Positions 9,074-17,663 of a DNA stretch of 42,926 nucleotides are shown here, piece by piece. The notes under the pieces are model-generated. The model made no database searches, had not been told where the DNA came from, and saw nothing but the letters and a program-made list of their open reading frames with translations. Every line of letters begins with the position of its first letter. The first letter of the stretch is position 1. Source of the DNA: Polyangium sp. y55x31 (GTDB taxonomy: Bacteria > Myxococcota_A > Polyangia > Polyangiales > Polyangiaceae); the NCBI RefSeq assembly GCF_029946505.1, contig NZ_JARZHG010000009.1, positions 1 to 42,926 of the forward strand, read 5' to 3'. The translations under genes were made by a program, and so were the position numbers.

Positions 9074-10156
9074 TTACTCCTCCCTCCCGCGCATCCCGAG
9101 CAAGCGCTGTATCGCCACGAGATCATCAGGGTTTCCCACGAACTCGTAGAGGAGCTGGGCAAGCGACATGTTGCCCCACTGCACCGCACGTTTGACCAGG
9201 TACGGCACAGGGCTGTGCGGCTCGGTCCGCATGAGGTACTCGGCCGCCTCGGCCAGCCGATAATAAGCGTCGGCGCGGCTCGAGATCGCAAACGAGCCGC
9301 CCCCTCCTCCCCCGGAGGGCGCCGTGAACGCCGCCGCAGCCGCAGCCGCCGCGGCCGATCCGAGCGGCGGCGGGTTTGCCGCGGACAGAGCGGGCTCCGG
9401 CGCGCTCTCGCCGTTGATGCGCGCCGCATCCCGCGCGAGGAGCTCGATCTGCGTGAGGACCTCCCGCACGCGGCGGAGCGTGGGCGGGCGCGGGATCTGC
9501 GCGCCGATCGCCGCCTCGGCCGCCTCGGCCGCCATGACGGCCGTGCCCGCGTCGAGCGCGATGTCGGTCCAGCGCGTGCCCGCGCCGCCGAGCGAGATCT
9601 TGGCGAGCATCGATTCTCGCGTGGGCCGCCCGCCCTCCCCTTCCCCATCGGAAGAGGCCTGTCCGCCGAGCTCCCAATCGAGCAGCGAAAACGAGGCGTC
9701 GCCGTCCGTGAAGGGCGTGCGGCGCAGGCGATCGGAGAGGATGTCGTCCATCCACTCGTAAAGCGCGACGCGCGCGGACGCGTCCGGATCGTCGCCCACC
9801 TCGGGGAAGAGGCCGTCCCAGAACCGCTCGCAGAGCCCTGCGACGAGGGACAAACCATGGCCGAGGCCCTTCACGCGGTAGCGCCGGAGCCAGGCCTCCA
9901 CGAGCCAGGCCGCGATCTGGAGGTCCTTCGATTTCTTGCGCAGCGCTTCCTGGCAAAGTTTGTCCACGAGCGCGAAGTCGGCGACCTTGAGCTTGGTCTC
10001 CCATTCGCCCATCGGCAGCGAGGGATCGTCCTCGCGGCGCGCCTCGCGGACCCGATCGTAGGTGCCTTCGTACCGGAGAGACGAGCCACTCGGCGCCTCC
10101 TCGGAGATGGGCTGGAGCAGCGTCTCCAGATCGATGAGCGGGGCCTTCGTCGACAT
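9074..10156 (-). CDS. tssA: Type VI secretion protein TssA (ImpA_N domain), 360 aa.
   Basis: Track ORF. The ImpA N-terminal signature is present (…PISEEAPSGSSLRYEGTYDRVREARRED…KSKDLQIAAWLVEAWL…). It sits between tssM and tssB. Confidence 0.8.
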   Translation of the reverse strand: MSTKAPLIDLETLLQPISEEAPSGSSLRYEGTYDRVREARREDDPSLPMGEWETKLKVADFALVDKLCQEALRKKSKDLQIAAWLVEAWLRRYRVKGLGHGLSLVAGLCERFWDGLFPEVGDDPDASARVALYEWMDDILSDRLRRTPFTDGDASFSLLDWELGGQASSDGEGEGGRPTRESMLAKISLGGAGTRWTDIALDAGTAVMAAEAAEAAIGAQIPRPPTLRRVREVLTQIELLARDAARINGESAPEPALSAANPPPLGSAAAAAAAAAFTAPSGGGGGGSFAISSRADAYYRLAEAAEYLMRTEPHSPVPYLVKRAVQWGNMSLAQLLYEFVGNPDDLVAIQRLLGMRGREE

Positions 10157-10170
10157 CGAGGCTCTGTCTC

Positions 10171-13100
10171 CTAAAGGTTCGGGGCGGACGCCGGAAACTC
10201 GGGGTATCTGAGGAGCCGGTCCTTCTCGACGCCGGTGATCGCGACGCGGATGAAGACACGGACGGTGTTGGCGTCGGTGCCGACGCGCTCGATGAAGCCC
10301 CCCGTGGGATCGGGCGACGATTGCACGACGAAGCCGAGCACGTGGGATCCGCCCTCGGTCTTCTGCGAGCCGTCACGCGCCGAGGTCTGGTGGAACGCGA
10401 TCATGCGCAAAAGCGCCCAGGGGCCGCGCTCCTCGAACGTGACGGTCCGATCTTCCACGAAGACATTGGGGCCCTGCGTCGGCAGCGGGACGTCGAGGCT
10501 GCTCTTCGCCCAGCGCAGATCGAGGCGGACCGGATCGTTCACGCGCCAGCTCGCCTCGGCCTTGGGGCCGTCGCGATAGAGGCGTTCGTCCGCGAGCCGC
10601 ATGGCCCACTCGGCGATGCGGTTGCCGCCGACCTCGAGGCCGGGATTGACGCGGAACTCGACCTTGACGTCGTAGATGCCGTCCTCGGCCGACTCGACCT
10701 GCGCCCACATGGGCATCATGAAGGCGCGGACGGCCTCGATCTTTTCGAGGAATCGCCCGACCTCGCCGGCCGAGGCCTTCGTGTCCTTGCCGAGGACGTA
10801 CCCAAAATCGGAGCGGAAATCGGCCGCGTCCTGGAGGAAACGACGCACGGTCTCGGGCCGCGCGTCCTCGACGCGGATGCCCGGCTCGATCTTGACGAAG
10901 GGGAACTTGCCCGAGAGCTCGCGGTTGAAGGTGCGGCGGAGCGCGGCATAACGATCACGCATCTCCTCGCCGGCGAGGACGCGGCAACGCTCGCGCAGCT
11001 CCTCGACCATGTATTTCTGTTTGCCCGCGAAGAAGCCGCCCGAGCCGTCGACCCCGGCGCGTTTGTCGAGCTCGGCGATGCAGTTCTTCGCCGTGATGAG
11101 CGGCAGATCGCTGAGCATGAAGGTCTCGAGGTTCGAGACCCCGTTGCCCGCCTTCTTGTTCTCGTAATCCTTGAGCGGCCAGGCGACGTTCTGCCAGAGC
11201 GTGACGTTGGGATCACCGCCCGCGTCGCCCGCGACCTCGGGGCTCTCCATGGCCGCGAGGAGAGGCTCGGCGAGCTCCTTGTGCAGCGTGGCCGCGCGGG
11301 TGCGCTGGGCCGCGGCATACTCGGACAAACGCCCGGCGTCGGGGACGCTGAAGGCCTCGAACGCCGGCGTGGATTTGCCGTCCCACCAGGTGAAGCCGCC
11401 CTTCTTGAGGCCGTAGAGGTTCTCGGCGCGGAGCACCTCGGCGGCGCGGCCGAGGACCTCGGAGCCCTGGCCACGCATGAGCTCGCGGAGGCGATCACGC
11501 GCGTCGTCCATGCGCAGGCGCACGAACGCGCCGATCATCTCGCGGACGGGCGCCATCGCCTGGCCGAGGTTCGCGGCGTCGGCACGGACGGTCTCGAACT
11601 GGCGATTGTTGTTACCAGGGAGCGGCGTCGCGGGACGCGCGGCGCGGGCGACGGCGCCGAGGGTGCTCGCCTTGATCTGGCGGACCGTGAGGTCGGAGAT
11701 GGTGTTGCGGACGCGGGCATCGACCGTCTTCAAGACGCCGCCCTGGAGGAAGGCCTCGTAGTCCTTGGGCAGGCGCGCGGCCTCCTTGAGGACCTCGGCG
11801 TCCCAGTCGACACGCGAGCGATCGAGATCGGGCGTGAGGGTCTTCTCCTCCTCGGCCGTCATGAACGTCTGCTGGCGGAGCGCGTCGATGGGCGGCTTGA
11901 GCCCGAGGATGAAGGGCGAGAGTCGCATGAGCAGCACGCCGCCCTTGCGCTCCAGGATGGGCCCGGAGAGGGGCGAGCCCGCGCTCGCGACGTAGTTCTT
12001 GAGGTCGAGCAGGCGCGCGTCGACGCCGCCGCGCAAGGACGCCTCGACGTCGGGGCCGAGGAGGCGCGAGTTCTTGACGGTCTTCAGGAGGCCCGCGATG
12101 CCCTCGTTCGGCGGGAGCGACTCGCTCGAGACCCACGCGAGCGTGGGCGCGCCGAGGTGCGCTTCGACCCGGGCGATCGCGTCGCGCAAGGTCCAGAGAT
12201 CCTGCGCGGTGTACTCGGTGCCTTTCGTCTCCAGGTCCTTGAGGCTCTGCACGAGCTGCTCGACGTCGGCGCGGACGACGGCGTCGCTGTAGGCTTCGAG
12301 GACACGATCCTGCAGGCCCTTGAACAGGTTCGTCGCTTTTTCGCGGGCCGGATCGCGGCGCGGGGCGAGGTCGATGGGCTGGCGGCGCGCGCCGCGCGCG
12401 AGGGCGTTGCGGTAATACTCGACCGCGATCGTCGGCGAGGTCTTGTAGCCGAGGAGGTAATCCGAGAGGTCGGCGACGCTCTGCATGCGGGCGTCGGGCG
12501 TCGCGTCCTTGGGCAGCTCGCCGAGCAGGCTGTCGTGGCGCGCGACGTGGGCCTCGAACGCGGTGAGCTCGCGCAGCCACGTCTCGAGGTTGATGTACTC
12601 CTGGCTCTTCTCGACGCTGAGCGGGAAAAACGTGTCGGGCGGAGGCTGCGGCGGCAGCGGGCGGAGCAGGTGCGTGGCCTCCTCGTTGAGGCCGGCGCGG
12701 AAGGTGTCGACGAGGACACTCTCGAGCGCGACGACGAACGCCGTGTCGACGCGGCGGTCGAGGCGACCCCACCAGGACGCGGGGTTCAGCGGCGAGCGGA
12801 GGCGGCCCGACTCCTCGATCGTCTCGAGTTTTTCGATGAGGGCCTTCGCGCGGAGCTTTTTCGTGTCGAAGCTCGCCTCGGTGCCCGGGGCCTCGCTCTT
12901 CGCCTGGAGCACGCTGCTCTGGACGTCGCGCAAAAAGGGCATGACCGCTGTGGTGCGTCGTTCGAGGCGCGAGGCGTCGATCCAGAGCGCGGCGAGGAAG
13001 GCGCCGCCGAGGCAACACGCCACGATCTGGAGCGCGAGGTTGATGCGCTGGCGACGGCGGAGCGCGGCGGCCGCGGGCTTGCCGAGGTTCCGCTCGGCGA

Positions 13101-14232
13101 ACACTTTGTGCTCGAAGAGATCCTTCGCGAAGAGGACCTTGCCCGGCGCGGCGGCAGCCGCAGGCAAGGGCTTTTGCGGGGGCGCGAGCGCGGCGGGGGT
13201 GGCGCCGGGGGCCGTGAGCTGCGGAGGGCCGGCGGGCGGATCGGCGAGGCCCGTGAAGTAGATGCCGCGGAGGGTGAGCGTCTCCTGGCCGGCGCCTTCG
13301 AGGAAGACGGGATCGACGTACGTGCGCAGGCCGTCGCCGAGCGACTCGATCTCGCTCGGGAAGAGGAAGAAGTCGTCGGGCGAACGAACGACGGGGGCGC
13401 CGGCGAAGCGCCGCGCCTGGTAACGGAGGAGTGCATCCCGCACGGTGCCGAGCGCCTCGGAGGCCCAGTCCTCCGCGCCGTCGGTGAAGGGCGGATGCGG
13501 GCTCGACCAGCCGAGGATGTCGTCGCGTCCGGTCTGCGTGACCTCGACGCCGAGGCTGCGGAAGCCGGCGAGGCGATCGGTCTGCGTGACGATCACGTAG
13601 ACCGGGACGTTCATGCCGAGGGTCTGCTGCGCGAGGGAGATCGCGGCGCGCAGGACCGTCGCCTTGCGCTTGCGCTCGGCGGGCGTGGAGCGCGCCGTCT
13701 GCATGACCTCGGCGCAAGGGACCGTGAGCAGGATGCCGTCGACGGGGCGATCGGGATAGAGGCGCTTGAGCTCGTGGAGGAGCGCGCGATACGGCGGATC
13801 GGGCGCGGCCGTGCCGCCCTCGCCGAAGAGGAGGCGGCCGGCGACGTCGACGATGAGCGCCTTGCCGAGCATCCAGAGGTTGACGGCCGCGGTGTCGCCG
13901 GGCGCGGGATCGCCGCCCTCGATGAGCTGGACGCTGAGGCCGGAGCCGCCGAGGAGGGTGGTTTTTCCGGACGAGGGTTCGCCGAGGACGAGGTAACGCG
14001 GCATCTCCTCGCGCGCGGTCTTGTCCTGGACCTTCTTGACGAGCGCGGCTTTCGCTTTGTCGAAAGAGGCGCGGATCTCGGCGATGGGATCGGGCGTGCC
14101 GTCGCGCTTGGCGGCCTCCAGGGCCTTCTGCGCTTTTTTCTTTTGCGCGAGGTAAAACGCGTAGATCCCCACGCCGATCACTGCGAGCGCGATCAGGCCG
14201 CCGACGATCTTGAGGAGGGTGCCGACGGTCAC
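10171..14232 (-). CDS. tssM: Type VI secretion membrane-complex protein TssM (IcmF/ImpL family), 1353 aa.
   Basis: Track ORF. N-terminal TM segment followed by the Walker A motif YLVLGEPSSGKTTLL, and an IcmF-like size. GTG start overlapping the tssL stop (GTGA). Confidence 0.88.
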   Translation of the reverse strand: MTVGTLLKIVGGLIALAVIGVGIYAFYLAQKKKAQKALEAAKRDGTPDPIAEIRASFDKAKAALVKKVQDKTAREEMPRYLVLGEPSSGKTTLLGGSGLSVQLIEGGDPAPGDTAAVNLWMLGKALIVDVAGRLLFGEGGTAAPDPPYRALLHELKRLYPDRPVDGILLTVPCAEVMQTARSTPAERKRKATVLRAAISLAQQTLGMNVPVYVIVTQTDRLAGFRSLGVEVTQTGRDDILGWSSPHPPFTDGAEDWASEALGTVRDALLRYQARRFAGAPVVRSPDDFFLFPSEIESLGDGLRTYVDPVFLEGAGQETLTLRGIYFTGLADPPAGPPQLTAPGATPAALAPPQKPLPAAAAAPGKVLFAKDLFEHKVFAERNLGKPAAAALRRRQRINLALQIVACCLGGAFLAALWIDASRLERRTTAVMPFLRDVQSSVLQAKSEAPGTEASFDTKKLRAKALIEKLETIEESGRLRSPLNPASWWGRLDRRVDTAFVVALESVLVDTFRAGLNEEATHLLRPLPPQPPPDTFFPLSVEKSQEYINLETWLRELTAFEAHVARHDSLLGELPKDATPDARMQSVADLSDYLLGYKTSPTIAVEYYRNALARGARRQPIDLAPRRDPAREKATNLFKGLQDRVLEAYSDAVVRADVEQLVQSLKDLETKGTEYTAQDLWTLRDAIARVEAHLGAPTLAWVSSESLPPNEGIAGLLKTVKNSRLLGPDVEASLRGGVDARLLDLKNYVASAGSPLSGPILERKGGVLLMRLSPFILGLKPPIDALRQQTFMTAEEEKTLTPDLDRSRVDWDAEVLKEAARLPKDYEAFLQGGVLKTVDARVRNTISDLTVRQIKASTLGAVARAARPATPLPGNNNRQFETVRADAANLGQAMAPVREMIGAFVRLRMDDARDRLRELMRGQGSEVLGRAAEVLRAENLYGLKKGGFTWWDGKSTPAFEAFSVPDAGRLSEYAAAQRTRAATLHKELAEPLLAAMESPEVAGDAGGDPNVTLWQNVAWPLKDYENKKAGNGVSNLETFMLSDLPLITAKNCIAELDKRAGVDGSGGFFAGKQKYMVEELRERCRVLAGEEMRDRYAALRRTFNRELSGKFPFVKIEPGIRVEDARPETVRRFLQDAADFRSDFGYVLGKDTKASAGEVGRFLEKIEAVRAFMMPMWAQVESAEDGIYDVKVEFRVNPGLEVGGNRIAEWAMRLADERLYRDGPKAEASWRVNDPVRLDLRWAKSSLDVPLPTQGPNVFVEDRTVTFEERGPWALLRMIAFHQTSARDGSQKTEGGSHVLGFVVQSSPDPTGGFIERVGTDANTVRVFIRVAITGVEKDRLLRYPEFPASAPNL

Positions 14233-14984
14233 GTGGCGTCCTCGATGCGGTCGAGCACGTCGTCGAGCTCGGCCGTGCGATAGAGCCAGAGGATCTCACC
14301 GATGACGATCCAGCCGAGGATGACGACGAGGAACGGCAGGATGCCTCGGGAGAGGGAGGGCAAACGCTTCTGGGGGGCGCCTTCCGCGGTGTGCTCGTGC
14401 GCCTGGGGGCAAAGGTCTTCGCCGCGGACGATCTCGGGATCGGTGCGGGCGAGGAAGTCGACGATCCGCGCGCGGTAGGTCTCGGGCTCGCCGGTGCCGA
14501 GGGGCGCATACCTCCCGCGGAAGCCGAGGGCGAGGGCCGTGAGATAAACCGTGAGGAGCTGCGACGACGCGGGCGTGCGGCCGTTGAGGGCGTCGTCGAT
14601 GCGGTTGAAGAAACGGTCTCCGGAGTCGCGCGTCTGAAAGACGATCGATTCGAGCGGTTTGTCGGCCCAGAACTCCTTGCCGGACCAGTCGAGGTGGAGG
14701 AAGACCTCGTCGGCCATGGCGATCATGACGTAGCGGGTCTCCTCGAAGAGGCGGCGCTCGTGCTCGGGGAGCGAGCCCTGGATGTTGTTCGCTTGTTGCT
14801 CGAAGGCGTCGAGGAGGCGCTGCTGGACGGCGTCGTACGGGAGGGCGCCGCCCGAGGCGACGACGAGGCGCTTCTGCGTGACGACGTCCGCGTGGAAGTT
14901 GCAAAACGCGTCGACGAGGACGCGCTGGTCCCGCAGGGCGGCCTGCTTGGGGCCGAGGGCGGATCGTCCCGGAGAAGCAGCCAT
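14229..14984 (-). CDS. tssL: Type VI secretion membrane protein TssL (DotU/ImpK family), 251 aa.
   Basis: Track ORF. DotU-like core (…LLTVYLTALALGFRGRYAPLG…) with a C-terminal TM helix (ILPFLVVILGWIVIG). Confidence 0.8.
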   Translation of the reverse strand: MAASPGRSALGPKQAALRDQRVLVDAFCNFHADVVTQKRLVVASGGALPYDAVQQRLLDAFEQQANNIQGSLPEHERRLFEETRYVMIAMADEVFLHLDWSGKEFWADKPLESIVFQTRDSGDRFFNRIDDALNGRTPASSQLLTVYLTALALGFRGRYAPLGTGEPETYRARIVDFLARTDPEIVRGEDLCPQAHEHTAEGAPQKRLPSLSRGILPFLVVILGWIVIGEILWLYRTAELDDVLDRIEDAT

Positions 14985-14991
14985 CGCGCCC

Positions 14992-16320
14992 CTACCCGCT
15001 CTTCACGTAGAGGACCGCCTCGGAGGGCCCGCTGGCTCCCGTCGGATCGGCCGTGTTGCACAAGGTGAGCGGCTCGCCCGGGTCGAGGTAGACGCTCTGC
15101 TCTTCGAGCTCGAAGAGCAAGGTGCCGGGCGTGGCGACGAGATCGCCGTGGCGCTCGACGCGCTTGCGGCCCGCGCCGAGGATACGGCTCTCTTGCATGG
15201 TGCGCAGGCGGGCCGGGGCGCCGATGAGCGCGCCGTTCATCCAGTTGAGGAGCTGATCCTCGCGCACGCCGCGCGCCGCGCGGACGGCGACGACGAGGGC
15301 GCGCGTGCGGAACTCGCGCTGGAAGAGGACGTTGTACTTGCCGTCCTTGAGGTCGAACGGGTAGGCCGTGAAGGACTCGATGATGCCCTCGTCGACCATG
15401 CGGAAGATGTGATCGCGGGCGTTCTCGAAGGTCGCGCGCAGATCGTCGTGCCGGTACTTGGGCAGGAGCGGCGGCACGGGCGTGCGCGCGAGCGAAGAGA
15501 TCTGTCCGACGAGCCCGGTGAGCGTGACGAAGAGCGAGAAGGGGTGCGGGCGATCGGAGTAGAGGACGGCCTCGAACGGAGGGAGCGCGGAGACGAGGCA
15601 CTGGATCTGGCGACGGACCTCGCCGATGAGCTCGCGATCGGTGGTGCGTGAGAGGAAGTTCGCCTTCTCGGCGAGGCGCATGGCCTTCTCGCGGAGGCGT
15701 CCGGCAAGACGTTGACACATCTCGTCGAGGGGTGATCCCTGTGCGACGCCGAGGGTCGGCGGGATGTAGTCGGTCGCGACGAACGCCTCGCCTTCGAGGC
15801 GGACGCGCGCGATGGGCAAGCAGACGAGGCGCGGCGGCGGCTCGGCCGCGACGAGGAGGCGGACGCTCGGCGCGATGCGCGGGATCTCGAGCGGGTCTTC
15901 GCCCGTGTGCTCGTCCACGACGGGCGCGCCTTCGGCGGAGCAGTTGCGCGCGAGGTCCGCGGCGGAGGCGGAGGTGCCCATCTGCGCGCGCGGGACGGCG
16001 AGGTAGACGGTGGCGGGTGCGTCGCGGACGAGCGCGGCCTGCGGGCGGAGATCGACGGAGAGGTCGAGTTTGCCGCCGGTGTGATGGACGAGGGTGCCAT
16101 CGGGCATGATGGCCTCGACCCTCTGGACACGCAAAAGGCCGCTGCCGAGCGTGCCTTCGGCGAGCTTGAGGTCGATGATGCCGTGGTGATACGGCGAGGC
16201 CTGGCCGAGGTGATAGGCGAGGAGGCGCTCGGATCTGCGATCGGCCTCCTGGAAGTGCTGCGGCGACAGGAGCATCCCGTCGTGCCATTGAATCGCGAGC
16301 GGAATGTCGTCGGCGCGCAT
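14992..16320 (-). CDS. tssK: Type VI secretion baseplate protein TssK (ImpJ/VasE), about 442 aa.
   Basis: Track ORF 14992..16338. The preferred start is M7 (MRADDIPLAIQWHDGMLLSPQHFQ) because a GGAGGA box lies 5 nt upstream of it. The TssK N-terminal WxxGMxLxPQHFQ motif is present. Confidence 0.85.
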   Translation of the reverse strand: MRADDIPLAIQWHDGMLLSPQHFQEADRRSERLLAYHLGQASPYHHGIIDLKLAEGTLGSGLLRVQRVEAIMPDGTLVHHTGGKLDLSVDLRPQAALVRDAPATVYLAVPRAQMGTSASAADLARNCSAEGAPVVDEHTGEDPLEIPRIAPSVRLLVAAEPPPRLVCLPIARVRLEGEAFVATDYIPPTLGVAQGSPLDEMCQRLAGRLREKAMRLAEKANFLSRTTDRELIGEVRRQIQCLVSALPPFEAVLYSDRPHPFSLFVTLTGLVGQISSLARTPVPPLLPKYRHDDLRATFENARDHIFRMVDEGIIESFTAYPFDLKDGKYNVLFQREFRTRALVVAVRAARGVREDQLLNWMNGALIGAPARLRTMQESRILGAGRKRVERHGDLVATPGTLLFELEEQSVYLDPGEPLTLCNTADPTGASGPSEAVLYVKSG

Positions 16321-16321
16321 G

Positions 16322-16786
16322 TCATTCCTCCGGAGCATCGAGGGGGCTCACGACGAGGTCGTCGTCGCCGAGGTCGACCCGCATCCGGCGTTGCGGGCCA
16401 ATCCGAAAGCGATGATCGCCGGGCGAGCGGTAATTGGCAAAGATGACGGCGCCGACGGCCTTGCCAGAGACCTCGACGACCATGGGCGGCGGCGCCTGAC
16501 CGGGGACGAATTCCCAATCCCACTCGGTGAACGCGGTGCCGCTCGGGAAATCCCGGCGCATCTGCTCGCGCTGCTCGTACCACTGCTTGGCGGTGAGCTT
16601 GACGATCTGGTCGAAGAGCTTCGCGTCCTGCACCGCGACGAGGGTCAGGGGGACGGGCGAATTCCGGTTCGCCTTCGCCGTGATTGCGACCTCGACGAGA
16701 AACCTCGTCGGCGGGGGCCCCGAGGAGCAGCCGAGGCCCGACGGCAAGACCAGAGCGAGCGCTACGATCCATCGCGCCCAACCCAT
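16322..16786 (-). CDS. tssJ: Type VI secretion outer-membrane lipoprotein TssJ (SciN/VasD-like), about 154 aa.
   Basis: Track ORF 16322..16819. Preferred start is MGWARWIVALALVLPSGLGC (purine-rich box upstream), which gives a lipoprotein-type signal peptide with Cys. Small size and position upstream of tssK fit TssJ. There is no strong sequence signature beyond the architecture. Confidence 0.6.
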   Translation of the reverse strand: MGWARWIVALALVLPSGLGCSSGPPPTRFLVEVAITAKANRNSPVPLTLVAVQDAKLFDQIVKLTAKQWYEQREQMRRDFPSGTAFTEWDWEFVPGQAPPPMVVEVSGKAVGAVIFANYRSPGDHRFRIGPQRRMRVDLGDDDLVVSPLDAPEE

Positions 16787-16920
16787 CGTCCCGCCCCGAC
16801 GGTGCTTGGAGAAGCCCATGCGTACGTAAGGGTAGAGCGATCGTGCGGGACGGGTCTACAAACTCGCGAAGGCAGGCTACAGAGGAGAGTGGAATCGATG
16901 GGTTAGGGTGGACCGCTGTG

Positions 16921-16988
16921 GGACGGCCGAGGAGGGAGGACGGCGAAAGAGGGGACCGAGCGGGGCGAAGCGGAGGGGAAACACGAGG
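16921..16988. repeat. Homopurine (+ strand) / homopyrimidine tract of ~68 nt (GGACGGCCGAGGAGGGAGGACGGCGAAAGAGGGGACCGAGCGGGGCGAAGCGGAGGGGAAAC...) in the presumed T6SS promoter region between the DUF2085 gene and tssJ.
   Basis: Seen in the sequence: strongly strand-asymmetric R/Y composition. Confidence 0.4.
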
Positions 16989-17435
16989 CTACGCGTCGAG
17001 GCTTGACGTGGGGGCGGCTCGTGGCGGGAGGAGCCCGACGGCCAGCGCGTACCCGAAGGCGAAGCCGGTCGCGAGCCGGGTCGCGTGTCCTCCCGGGTAG
17101 GGGCCCGCGGCCCGCGCGATCACGTCGACGACCATGCAAAGGCCCGCCGAAAGGAGCCACCCGCGCCGCGCGCGTGGTCGGGCGTCCGCCGGCCACCCGA
17201 CGAGCGCGGCTGCGGCGAGGCCGGCGAAGATCCCGGCGCATCGGCTACAAAGGGGCATCACCACGCCCGCGAGCCGGAGCGTGCGCTCCGGGAGGCGATG
17301 ACATATCGCCGAGAAGACCGAATCCAAGGGCCCGGCGTCCTCGCCGAGCAGCCTCCATGCGCGCGCGAGCGTCAGGAGCCACGGGGAGAGCCCCACCACG
17401 ACGAATACGACGCGTGCCGCGGTCCTCGTGTGCAT
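16989..17435 (-). CDS. DUF2085-like small integral membrane protein (148 aa) directly upstream of tssJ on the same strand.
   Basis: C-terminal 148 aa of track ORF 16989..18293: MHTRTAARVVFVVVGLSPWLL…CHRLPERT…MPLCSRCAGIFAGLAAAALVG… This is the CHR...PLC[AS]RC pattern typical of DUF2085 membrane proteins. The remainder of the 434-aa track ORF is an Arg-rich artefact. Confidence 0.5.
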   Translation of the reverse strand: MHTRTAARVVFVVVGLSPWLLTLARAWRLLGEDAGPLDSVFSAICHRLPERTLRLAGVVMPLCSRCAGIFAGLAAAALVGWPADARPRARRGWLLSAGLCMVVDVIARAAGPYPGGHATRLATGFAFGYALAVGLLPPRAAPTSSLDA

Positions 17436-17663
17436 CTCGGCAAAACCTGCCGCGTTCCCTGCCCGCGCGCGCGTCGTGCCTCCCTCGCGATGCGCTACGC
17501 GAGCGTATGGCTTTCGCGGCGGGCGGCGCCGCACCCATTCAGCGATTCCCCGAGGGCAGGCGCGCGGGGGCGAAGGATGGCCGCGCCCCGCTTGCTGCGC
17601 GGTGCGCACGGCTCCACATGCATTCGTGACGGGGTACGGACAGCACACGAGGAGGGGGGCGTC

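Noticed and set aside
4058-16781. Many long antisense or alternate-frame ORFs over the T6SS genes (e.g. 4058..5554 +, 5599..8415 +, 10321..14283 +, 11612..14509 -, 9126..10376 -, 14723..16288 -, 15237..16781 -)
   Set aside because: All have extreme Arg/Ala/Gly/Pro composition and no domain signatures. Each overlaps a T6SS gene with clear family motifs and an RBS.
16820-16990. sigma54-type (-24 GG / -12 GC) promoter upstream of tssJ, and likewise in the tssA-tssB spacer
   Set aside because: I searched both spacers by eye for TGGCAC-N5-TTGCW-like spacing and found no convincing match. The promoter type is left unassigned.
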